From the IMG/VR virus record IMGVR_UViG_3300037501_000026, positions 1-32,297 of that record: a stretch of DNA of 32,297 nt; one strand, written 5' to 3'. A program made the position numbers and the translations under genes. A model generated the notes under the pieces. It saw only the letters and a list, made by a program, of their open reading frames with translations. It had not been told where the DNA came from and did no database searches. Shown here one piece after another: positions 24,462 through 32,297 of the stretch. Position 1 is the first letter of the stretch. Every line of letters begins with the position of its first letter. The stretch comes from a virus. Its lineage: Duplodnaviria; Caudoviricetes.

Positions 24462-25885
24462 GTCAGCAACAGATTGACAGAAAATACGCACAGTATCAGG
24501 CTCTCCTACAGGGGATCCAGAAGAAGGATCCTCGTCTGTATGACGTCCTCAAACTCGTCACGACAGACATAAAAAGCTTGCTCGATGTGGTAGATCCTAT
24601 CCAAGCCTCATTGCAGAGGATCGAGGCGGCGAGCACGGAGAAGCCGCAGGGACCTACCGTCTTCATTGCTGCAATAACCCCCGGTGCTGTCACGTTTGTG
24701 TGGGGATCCGCCGACACGAGCGTGCGTTTTTATGAGCTGCGCAAGGGAACTGAGTGGGATACTGCTACCTTCATTCTTCGTACATCCTCACTCTCAGCCG
24801 CGATTGAACCCATCGCTGAAGGCTCTCATACATACCTTCTGAAGACGCTCACGGGTTCCCTCGTTGAGTGCATCGACGCCGTCCCTGCCAACATCACAGT
24901 CAATGGCCCTTCCGCACCCTCGGTTACGACTCAGGTCATAGACAATAACGTCCTCATCAATTGGACTGAACCAGCCAGCGATTTCTATGTGGACTATTAC
25001 AACGTCTACAAGGACGGTGTAAAGTTTGCAGAGCTGTCTGGAACCTTCACTGCTAAGTTTGAGGTGACATCGGGTACCTACATCTATAGCGTGGAGGCGG
25101 TCGACATTGCCGGTAACGTTGGTGATCAGGGCTCCTCAGAGGCAACGGTAAGACAGCCTCCTGACTACAACCTCCTGGATAGTAGAGACGTCACGTGGAC
25201 GGGCACTCTAACCAACTGTCTCGTTGAGAACGGAAGGCTCATCGCCTGCGTTGATACGACTGAGACGTATGAGGCCCACTTCACCTCCAAGAGTTGGTCA
25301 TCTCCGAGTGATCAGGTCAACGCGGGGTACGAGCTGTACATACAGGAGAACCTCCTTTCCGGATCGTATGAAGAGCAGTACGACTATGGAGCAGTTCTAT
25401 CGAATACCATCGTTAACTACAACTTCCTAAAGGAGAACTTCGCAGGAACAGGTGATGTCACAGTAATCATCAAGACCTATTACAAGGTCAACGTTGGCGA
25501 TGCGTGGTCTGGTCCCATCACGGGAACCTCTGCCTTCATCAGCTCGTTCCGCTACATGAAGACCGTGATGGAGTTCTCTGCGGCGGCCGCCGACAACATG
25601 ATTGCTGTGTCTTCCTTCGTGATTCGGTTGGACGTAAAACGGGAGGTTGACAGCGGCTACGTCAATGCGCTAGCTTCGGACACGGGTGGAACGGTGGTTA
25701 GCTTCAACAAGTCATTTAAGGATGTTGACGCTATCACCGGCACCTCGGACTCCGGCGCACCAATTACAGTCATCTTTGACTTTGCAGACGTACCAAACCC
25801 TACATCGTTCAAGGTCTTCTGCTTTGACTCTAGTGGAAACAGAGTCGACCAGTTGGTTTACTGGGTGGCGAGAGGGATCGTGTAA
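24458..25885 (+). CDS. tail protein with fibronectin type III-like domains
   Basis: INWTEP....DYYNVYKDG...YIYSVEAVDIAGN FN3 pattern; GTG 24458 overlaps the upstream stop. Confidence 0.7.
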   Translation: MSQQQIDRKYAQYQALLQGIQKKDPRLYDVLKLVTTDIKSLLDVVDPIQASLQRIEAASTEKPQGPTVFIAAITPGAVTFVWGSADTSVRFYELRKGTEWDTATFILRTSSLSAAIEPIAEGSHTYLLKTLTGSLVECIDAVPANITVNGPSAPSVTTQVIDNNVLINWTEPASDFYVDYYNVYKDGVKFAELSGTFTAKFEVTSGTYIYSVEAVDIAGNVGDQGSSEATVRQPPDYNLLDSRDVTWTGTLTNCLVENGRLIACVDTTETYEAHFTSKSWSSPSDQVNAGYELYIQENLLSGSYEEQYDYGAVLSNTIVNYNFLKENFAGTGDVTVIIKTYYKVNVGDAWSGPITGTSAFISSFRYMKTVMEFSAAAADNMIAVSSFVIRLDVKREVDSGYVNALASDTGGTVVSFNKSFKDVDAITGTSDSGAPITVIFDFADVPNPTSFKVFCFDSSGNRVDQLVYWVARGIV

Positions 25886-26439
25886 TGGCCGAACGTTGGC
25901 TTCGATGGGATAGCGCCAACAAGAAGTGGCAGGAGTCTACTGACCTTGTCAACTTCACAGACATGGTTGAGAATCCCCTCCATGAGAAGGCCACGTTCAA
26001 CGGTATTTCTACTCCCTCTGGTATCTCCAACAAGGGCCTCATCTTCCACTCGAGTGGGGATAACCGTCTAAAGATCATTGAGAACGCTGGCAACGCTATA
26101 GACATCAACCAGATGTTCACCAAGGCTGGTGTCTATGTCGATGTCAACGGTATCACCACAACCGTCACGCTCTATGTGTGGCGTGCACCCTTTACGTGTG
26201 TTATCGAGGATGCGTATGCACATAGGCAGGGTGGCACGGGTGCAACGGTGAACGTTGTCAACGCTTCATCTGACATTCGTTCTAGCGATCTTTCCTTGAC
26301 GACAACAAGCTGGACGAATTTCGGTACGCTCCAGAATACGACCGTCTCTGTTGGAAACAGTCTGGCATTTGCCATCAGGTCAGTCACCGGCTCCCCAACG
26401 CAGATCGGGTTCTGTGTCCATATCCGTAGGACAGGATAA
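25885..26439 (+). CDS. putative tail fibre component (184 aa)
   Basis: LRWDSANKKWQ fibre-type motif; beta-rich C-terminal domain. Confidence 0.55.
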   Translation: MAERWLRWDSANKKWQESTDLVNFTDMVENPLHEKATFNGISTPSGISNKGLIFHSSGDNRLKIIENAGNAIDINQMFTKAGVYVDVNGITTTVTLYVWRAPFTCVIEDAYAHRQGGTGATVNVVNASSDIRSSDLSLTTTSWTNFGTLQNTTVSVGNSLAFAIRSVTGSPTQIGFCVHIRRTG

Positions 26440-27281
26440 TGTCTGACACGAACATCTTTCCGTCTGCTCCTAGTTCCTATGTAGGGCTATACTACATAGC
26501 TGATCCTTCCTCCGGGTGGTCAGTCAACGGAGACAACAATCCGGCTAACTGCATCGCGACTCAGAGTGACAGTAAGACAATATCTGTAAACCTGTACGAT
26601 GCATGGGATCCGGGTCCGAATTCTCCCTACTATAGCTTTGGTCTAGGATCTCTACCAACGTACATCACCATCACGGCGATGACGATGTACTGGTATGAGA
26701 ATAGGTCGGGTACGTCTCCTGGATCATGGAAGGGTCAACACTCTCTTGATGGGTCTAACTGGACAGACAACATAGCCTCACATACGGTCAATGCGGGCTC
26801 ACTTGTCAGCGGCTCCATGGCCAGACCTGGCGGAGGCTCATGGACACGTTCGGATCTATCCAACCTTCGGGTTAGGTGCTATCCCACCGCTGCTGCTAGC
26901 TCTAGCCGTGTAGTCTCGATCGACCTCTGGTATGTCACGGTATCGTGGACCTACGTTGTTCCTACTACCGTACAGACTGATGATGCCGATCAGATCGGGG
27001 TGTTCAGCGCCAGACTCAAGGGTACGATAAACTCGAATGGTGACCTCGGTGGGCAGTATAGGTTTGTGTGGGGAACCTCCTCTGGATCCTACTCATACTC
27101 CACGAGTTGGACCACGGTCACGGATGGGGGTTCCAACCAGTATACCCACACTCCATCTCTGAGCCCCGCGACAAACTACTTCTACCGAATCGAATACAGG
27201 AATAGTGGGCTTGAGGTGACCAACGGTGCTGAGAAGACGTTCAAGACCCTCAGCGGTGGTTGCTTCGTAATGGTGGACTAG
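26439..27281 (+). CDS. putative tail/receptor-binding protein with C-terminal FN3-like domain
   Basis: SARLKGTINSNG...YRFVWGT...LSPATNYFYRI...GAEKTFKT. Confidence 0.65.
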   Translation: MSDTNIFPSAPSSYVGLYYIADPSSGWSVNGDNNPANCIATQSDSKTISVNLYDAWDPGPNSPYYSFGLGSLPTYITITAMTMYWYENRSGTSPGSWKGQHSLDGSNWTDNIASHTVNAGSLVSGSMARPGGGSWTRSDLSNLRVRCYPTAAASSSRVVSIDLWYVTVSWTYVVPTTVQTDDADQIGVFSARLKGTINSNGDLGGQYRFVWGTSSGSYSYSTSWTTVTDGGSNQYTHTPSLSPATNYFYRIEYRNSGLEVTNGAEKTFKTLSGGCFVMVD

Positions 27282-27289
27282 GAGGCACG

Positions 27290-27565
27290 ATGGCTGCTAA
27301 CGTCGCAGTTACGATCACGGGTACGACGCCGAAACAACAGGAAAAGCTCGCAGAGTTCCTTTCAGACCTGAACGTCCAGAGGGTCAATCAGGAGCTGCCC
27401 CCCTACCCAACGGTGGAAGCCTGGGCATCGGATTTCGTCTACGATCAGATCAAGGCCAACATCAGGTCCTTCGAGCTGATCGAGGGCAACATGGTGCGTG
27501 AGGCTTACATCGCCGCTGACGATACCGTGCAGGGACAAGTCAGGACTCTGCTGGACATCCCGTAA
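27290..27565 (+). CDS. hypothetical protein (91 aa)
   Basis: GGAGG RBS before ATG 27290; TAATG overlap. Confidence 0.65.
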   Translation: MAANVAVTITGTTPKQQEKLAEFLSDLNVQRVNQELPPYPTVEAWASDFVYDQIKANIRSFELIEGNMVREAYIAADDTVQGQVRTLLDIP

Positions 27566-27762
27566 TGGCAGAGGTGAGCATCCGTGAGATGTGGATGCTT
27601 CTCGGGGAGAAGGACGTTCAGATCTTCCAGCTCCTCAAGGAGAAGCAAGAACTACTCGACGTGTGTATGAAACTGAAGGAGGAACTCAATGGCAAACTGG
27701 AGCAACCCCGGCCTGACGACGGGATACTCCACGCTGCTGTCGGAACTCAAGGCGAGGGATGA
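27565..27762 (+). CDS. small coiled-coil protein (possible fibre chaperone)
   Basis: LLGEKDVQIFQLLKEKQEL heptads; overlaps the next gene by 74 nt. Confidence 0.5.
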   Translation: MAEVSIREMWMLLGEKDVQIFQLLKEKQELLDVCMKLKEELNGKLEQPRPDDGILHAAVGTQGEG

Positions 27763-28123
27763 GGATGCCGTAACCCTCGCAGATTCCCCTACGAATCCGC
27801 CGACGGGTTACATCAGGTGGAACACTACCCTCAACAAGTTCCAACGCTGGTCGGGATCGGCGTGGGTGGATCTCATCCTTGCTGCCGCCGGCGGTGGCAC
27901 GGGAGGGACGACCTCCCTTGGCACTATGGCGTTCCAGAGCTCCTCCTCCGTCAGCATCACAGGTGGATCCATCACGGGCCTCAGCGCCATGACCGTCGCC
28001 TGTGACATTACGCCAACGACGGATGGCACTCGTGTCCTTGGCTCTGCCTCGATGATGTTCAAGGGGGCGTTCTTCAAGGACTACCTGGTGGTTCCCGTCG
28101 GCGCGGACAAGTGGGCACCGTAA
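27689..28123 (+). CDS. short tail-fibre-like protein (144 aa)
   Basis: IRWN....KFQRWSGSAW, GGTGGTT-LGTMAFQSSSSVSITGGSITG and ITPTTDGTRVLGS fibre motifs. Confidence 0.65.
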   Translation: MANWSNPGLTTGYSTLLSELKARDEDAVTLADSPTNPPTGYIRWNTTLNKFQRWSGSAWVDLILAAAGGGTGGTTSLGTMAFQSSSSVSITGGSITGLSAMTVACDITPTTDGTRVLGSASMMFKGAFFKDYLVVPVGADKWAP

Positions 28124-28801
28124 ATGGCTAAACCTGGATCCGTTTGGGTAGAGGGAACTGAGTTCCATCACATTGACGAGAATGGGGTGGAATGGAAGTT
28201 CAACGGTGATCTTGTGGCTGCTGGTTCTCTAAGGCCCGGATCTATCTGGCCTGAAGGGGATAACTACCACTACATCGACGAGTACGGGGATGAGCGGCGG
28301 ATGCTCGGCCAGGATCATGGAACTGTTTCTGGTCGGCAGGGGTCCAAGTGGATACAGAGTGTTCTCCAGAGGTGGGCATGGATTGACGCTTCGTCTAAGA
28401 AAAGGACTGCCCATGTTGACACTCATACTGACTCGCACGGAGATGCTACTGTGCCCCATAGTGATTCTGCCCACCTTGACGTTACCCACGTGGATAATCC
28501 CCATTCCGATAGTCATGGTGATGACTACACGGACACTCACTCGGACATAGCCCACGCGGATAATGCTCATTCTGACGATCATGGGGATCACTCGGATAGC
28601 TATCCTTCCCATATCGACTACCATAATGACTACCCTCACGGGGACACAGCACACTCCGATGTAACTGAGGACGATCACACTGACACTCACAGTGACGTTT
28701 CTCATGGTGATGTAGCTCACTCTGACGATCATGGGGATCACACGGATCACACTGACTCGTATAGTGACGTCGCCCACGATGATAGGCCGGTGCAGGCATG
28801 A
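28124..28801 (+). CDS. His-X-Asp repeat protein; putative radical SAM substrate and/or metal-binding virion protein
   Basis: Three N-terminal GS.W......ID repeats, then 25 HxD and 2 YxD motifs (28412-28783); ATGA overlap with the radical SAM gene. Confidence 0.8.
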   Translation: MAKPGSVWVEGTEFHHIDENGVEWKFNGDLVAAGSLRPGSIWPEGDNYHYIDEYGDERRMLGQDHGTVSGRQGSKWIQSVLQRWAWIDASSKKRTAHVDTHTDSHGDATVPHSDSAHLDVTHVDNPHSDSHGDDYTDTHSDIAHADNAHSDDHGDHSDSYPSHIDYHNDYPHGDTAHSDVTEDDHTDTHSDVSHGDVAHSDDHGDHTDHTDSYSDVAHDDRPVQA

Positions 28802-29994
28802 CTGTAGAGATCCATCCGATCGGTCTCAGGTGCAACTTGGCTTGCACGTATTGCTACCAAGAGAATATGCGCCCAACAGACCGTGCCTACATCAAGGTTG
28901 ACAAGATTCTCAAGCAGGTCAAGAATCAGGGTCAGAAATTCACCATATTCGGTGGAGAGCCCCTTCTCACTCCAATCGCTGTGCTTGACGAGTTCTTCAA
29001 GTTTGGTTACGAGAACTACAAGGAGAACGGGGTACAGACGAATGGTACTCTTCTGACACAGGCTCACATGGATATGTTCAAGAAATACAATGTCCATGTG
29101 GGTGTATCCTGTGATGGCCCCGGAGAGCTGAGTGCGGCAAGAGAGAGTCGGTCTGGTCCGCAGTACACGAAGGCCACTACGCTCCAGACTACTGAGGCCA
29201 TCGACAAACTCCTCGCCGCCGGCATCCGTTGTTCTCTCATCATCACGCTACACTCCGATAATGCTAGGGGGGACGGACTCGACCGCTTGGTGGAGTGGCT
29301 AACCGACCTGGCGTCGAAGGGTTTGCGTTCGGCACGCTTACATTTAATGGAGCTTGACAATCCCGAGAAATCCGCTAGATTGGTACTGACGCCGGAGGAG
29401 AACGCTGCCGCTGTTCTACGTCTGAGTGGTATCAAGGGTATATCCTTTGATATACTCGATGAGATGCGGCGCAACCTCCTGAACGATTTCTCGAGGTCAT
29501 CTTGTGTTTGGCATGGATGCGATCCGTATACGACGCCAGCGGTTGTCGGCATCGACGCGGATGGCACTTTGTCGAACTGTGGTAGGGTTAACAAGGAGGG
29601 TGTTAACTATCGTAAGTCGGATACTCCCGGTCGAGAGAGGCTCGTTGGTCTTTACCGTACACCTTATCGCGAAGGAGGATGCGGTGGATGTCGGTTCTTC
29701 CTTGCGTGCAAGGGTCAATGTCCTGGAACCGGTGAGGGGGGAGACTGGCGTAATCGAACATCGCACTGTGGAACGTTACTCATCCTCTTCGAGAAGCTGG
29801 AGCAGGATCTCCTCATGGAAGGGAAGAAGCCTGTCTCACAGTGGGAGAACAGAGAGGATCTAGAGAGAGCTATCGTGGAACCTGTGAGCAGTGCGCACGG
29901 TGACGTCCACGAGGATTGGCATGCCGACGTCCCTCATGGGGATATCTGGCACGTGCCGGTTGGGAGACCTGACGATGAGAATGCAGTGGGCTAG
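28798..29994 (+). CDS. radical SAM/SPASM-domain peptide/protein maturase
   Basis: CNLACTYC (CxxxCxxC), FGGEPLL, QTNGTLL, VSCDGP; SPASM cysteines CVWHGC...NCG...CGGCRFFLACKGQC...HC. Confidence 0.92.
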   Translation: MTVEIHPIGLRCNLACTYCYQENMRPTDRAYIKVDKILKQVKNQGQKFTIFGGEPLLTPIAVLDEFFKFGYENYKENGVQTNGTLLTQAHMDMFKKYNVHVGVSCDGPGELSAARESRSGPQYTKATTLQTTEAIDKLLAAGIRCSLIITLHSDNARGDGLDRLVEWLTDLASKGLRSARLHLMELDNPEKSARLVLTPEENAAAVLRLSGIKGISFDILDEMRRNLLNDFSRSSCVWHGCDPYTTPAVVGIDADGTLSNCGRVNKEGVNYRKSDTPGRERLVGLYRTPYREGGCGGCRFFLACKGQCPGTGEGGDWRNRTSHCGTLLILFEKLEQDLLMEGKKPVSQWENREDLERAIVEPVSSAHGDVHEDWHADVPHGDIWHVPVGRPDDENAVG

Positions 29995-31171
29995 CTCCAG
30001 TATCGAGCAGCTTTGGAGACCTCGTCTCGACAGGATCCAGAGCCTTGTCCATCGGCTGGAGATTGAAACTGTCCAGCAGGACCTTAGAGCTGGCGCTCTG
30101 ATTTCGAGGTCTCCGGGTGATCCGTCGTGGAGCCTTCTGAAGGTTGTTCCAATCGGAGTCTCAAAGGTCGAGGGTTATAGCGACGCCTCGATCTTCCCGA
30201 AGGAAGGTGAGCGCTACGTCATTCGTGCGCTGGTCGTTAAGGATCCAATTGAAACTGTCCCACAGACGGATGAAGAGTGGGGAAAGTTTCTTGGATATCC
30301 TCCCTGCTGCATCAAGCATTTCGAGAAGAACTGGGCCGCTGGAAACAAGGACCATCTCCTAACGCAGCTGGGTCCTAGCGTCTTCGGGTTCGAGCTTCCC
30401 TTCAACAGTACGCACAACGTGACGCTGCGCTACATCGGTGTGCGCCCGGTCTTCCACCTCCCTTGCAGCTTCGATTGTCCGGGGACCAAGCTGATCCACG
30501 ACGAGCACAAGAGGCTTGCCGTTCACATGGATCATGAGGCATGGGGGTGGATGGAAACTCTTCTCACCATGCCCTACAGCGTAAGTGTTGTCAAGGGAAT
30601 CGGTGAGATCGTACACCCCTTCTTCCGTCTTACCTACGATACGGGCGGTAAGGTCGAGTACAGGGGGAGCTTCAAAAACGTTCGCTCGGAGAACGTTTCC
30701 CCCATCTCAATGGACACCTTTTGGGAAGACAACGGGTTCAAGAACTACTTTGACATGGAGGCAGCGCATCGCAATATCATCTTCGAGGTGATCGGGCTGA
30801 ACGCGGACTCGGTGATGGACCTTGGTGCAGGGAATGGTCTATTCATCGAGAAGATCGGTCGTACCCTGTCGGCATTCAGGCGGATAGCAGTAGACTCCTC
30901 CGCTGAGAAGTGTAACAGGGGCAAGCGTCTGTGTCCTGATGTCGAATTCATCCATTCGAAAATCGAAGACATCAAGGAATCGGCGGACATCGTCTTCATA
31001 TCGTACAACCGTCTGCATGAGGGCTTTCCCTCCATTCACTTTGCAGACATGGTCAACAAATACCTCATTGTCTACAGCTATGAGGCGGACATCCCGACCT
31101 TGGTCATTGAGGGATTTGAGAGACTTGGTCAACGAAATCGTCGCGTCCACGTTTATAAGAGAGTCCAATGA
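29975..31171 (+). CDS. fusion of a Cys-motif domain (DUF483-like) and a class I SAM-dependent methyltransferase-like domain
   Basis: FLGYPPCCIKHF and FHLPCSFDC in the N-terminal half; VMDLGAGNG...IAVD SAM-binding motifs in the C-terminal half; GGGAG RBS before ATG 29975. Confidence 0.65.
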   Translation: MRMQWASSSIEQLWRPRLDRIQSLVHRLEIETVQQDLRAGALISRSPGDPSWSLLKVVPIGVSKVEGYSDASIFPKEGERYVIRALVVKDPIETVPQTDEEWGKFLGYPPCCIKHFEKNWAAGNKDHLLTQLGPSVFGFELPFNSTHNVTLRYIGVRPVFHLPCSFDCPGTKLIHDEHKRLAVHMDHEAWGWMETLLTMPYSVSVVKGIGEIVHPFFRLTYDTGGKVEYRGSFKNVRSENVSPISMDTFWEDNGFKNYFDMEAAHRNIIFEVIGLNADSVMDLGAGNGLFIEKIGRTLSAFRRIAVDSSAEKCNRGKRLCPDVEFIHSKIEDIKESADIVFISYNRLHEGFPSIHFADMVNKYLIVYSYEADIPTLVIEGFERLGQRNRRVHVYKRVQ

Positions 31172-31464
31172 TCCTCCTCAGACCGAAAGTGAGGATGTCT
31201 CAAGGGCCGAACAGAGTCTACCCTGAGATACTCTTTGCGATCGGCGTTGCTGAGAAGATCTTTGAAAACTATGGGCTTTCTGTAAACGTTGAGTCACTCC
31301 TAGAGGGTCATAGCCCACAACACTACGTTGGTAGAGAGGTGGACATGACCGTTCCCGAGGATCAGTCAAGGGACATCGCGGCGGACCTTCAGACTGCCTT
31401 GCTCGATTCCTTCGTTGTGACGGCGAAGGGGTCTATCATTCATGTGGTTTTCACTCATGCCTGA
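31168..31464 (+). CDS. small M15-fold Zn peptidase-like protein
   Basis: HYVGREVD (H-x6-D) and C-terminal IIHV. Confidence 0.5.
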   Translation: MILLRPKVRMSQGPNRVYPEILFAIGVAEKIFENYGLSVNVESLLEGHSPQHYVGREVDMTVPEDQSRDIAADLQTALLDSFVVTAKGSIIHVVFTHA

Positions 31465-31726
31465 TCAGGTTCTCTACGGTGTCATCACTTTCCTCGGCCT
31501 CGGCATTCTGGCGTTGGGGGGTCTGTGGGTCAGAGCGCATGATCAACACAGACAATGGTCCGTGGAAAAAATCACAGATGTTGAGAAGGAACTCGCCGTC
31601 ATCAAGACCAACCATCAGGAGATCAAGGACGACATCCGCGAAATCAAGGAATCCTTGAAGAACCACCTTGACATTGAACAGAGGTTCCAGAAGGCTCTGA
31701 TCACGCACCTCAACCTGAAGGTCTAA
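31457..31726 (+). CDS. single-TM coiled-coil protein (holin/XhlA-like)
   Basis: N-terminal hydrophobic helix followed by IKDDIREIKESLK coiled coil. Confidence 0.55.
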   Translation: MPDQVLYGVITFLGLGILALGGLWVRAHDQHRQWSVEKITDVEKELAVIKTNHQEIKDDIREIKESLKNHLDIEQRFQKALITHLNLKV

Positions 31727-31727
31727 C

Positions 31728-32111
31728 ATGGTTCACCTTCGGCCGTTCAGACAGGAAGACATCTCAGAAATCGACACCATCTGGCGCAGGTTCTACAAAG
31801 GCCAGTTTGGTGTCCCTTCCCTGAAGAACGTGATCGAGTCGAAGGTGATCACAGCTGATGGAAAGATTCTTGGCTTTGGAATGGTGAAGCTGTTTGCAGA
31901 AGGTGTCATCATTCTAGACAAGGATGCCCCTCTCAACTCGCGGGCTAAGGGGATCATCGTCGGTATCGAGCACGCGATGGATGTTGTGAAGCAAGCGGAT
32001 CTTGAACAGTTCCACATCTTCACAGACGATCCTCATTACATCGAGGTCCTGCAGAAGCATTGGGGTTTCAGGACCACCCCAGAGAAGGTGCTCTACAGGG
32101 AGATCGGGTAA
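31728..32111 (+). CDS. GNAT-like protein (position typical of the acetyltransferase-like gene before podovirus ejection genes)
   Basis: LRPFRQEDISEI start, DGKILGFG strand and KHWGF end. Confidence 0.55.
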   Translation: MVHLRPFRQEDISEIDTIWRRFYKGQFGVPSLKNVIESKVITADGKILGFGMVKLFAEGVIILDKDAPLNSRAKGIIVGIEHAMDVVKQADLEQFHIFTDDPHYIEVLQKHWGFRTTPEKVLYREIG

Positions 32112-32297
32112 TGGCCAAGGGTGGTGCAAAGAGAACGAACCAGATGTTGGAGCAGTCGTACAATCAGGCGAATCAGTTCTCCAACACACAGGGTCAGCGC
32201 AGCCAAGAAGCATACGGTTACGGCACGGGGATCCGTGACTATGTGACCGAACACTACAAGGCAATGCTGGAAGGACTTGGTGGTGGGGGTGACGGTG
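32111..32297 (+). CDS. probable DNA ejection/internal virion protein, N-terminal part; runs off the window edge
   Basis: TAATG overlap; MAKGGAKRTNQMLEQSYNQANQFSNTQGQRSQEAYG... is Gln/Gly-rich; synteny. Confidence 0.5.
   Translation, partial: MAKGGAKRTNQMLEQSYNQANQFSNTQGQRSQEAYGYGTGIRDYVTEHYKAMLEGLGGGGDG

Noticed and set aside
28798-29994. Radical SAM enzyme as QueE-like DNA-modification enzyme or anaerobic sulfatase maturase
   Set aside because: It has a SPASM domain (absent in QueE), no que/dpd or sulfatase genes are in the window, and it is coupled to an HxD-repeat gene. Not formally excluded without phylogeny.

Overview
A 32.3 kb segment of a tailed dsDNA phage or prophage with a P22/podovirus-like gene order. 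Both ends fall inside genes. Positions 1-6224 are a leftward early arm: a PD-(D/E)XK-type nuclease, a C2H2 finger protein, a 3D-domain protein, a SNF2 helicase and many small Zn-ribbon ORFs. This arm contains an origin-like AT-rich locus (about 4610-5000) flanked by inverted, 11-bp-phased repeats. Divergent sigma70-type promoters at 6499-6527 (-) and 6722-6750 (+) separate it from a rightward late arm: probable terS, terL, M15 peptidase, permuted NlpC/P60, portal, an inserted block of appendage-like genes (two with signal peptides, one made of ten 16-aa repeats), scaffold, major capsid, adaptor, nozzle, tail/fibre genes, a GNAT-like gene and the start of a probable ejection protein. The most striking element lies at the end of the tail genes (28124-31171). 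It is a three-gene module: a protein with 25 His-X-Asp and 2 Tyr-X-Asp motifs, a radical SAM/SPASM enzyme that carries four His-X-Asp motifs in its own tail, and a Cys-motif/methyltransferase-like fusion. It resembles RiPP (three-residue cyclophane-type) maturation machinery that may act on a virion protein. All calls come from reading motifs and synteny by eye; no database searches were run.
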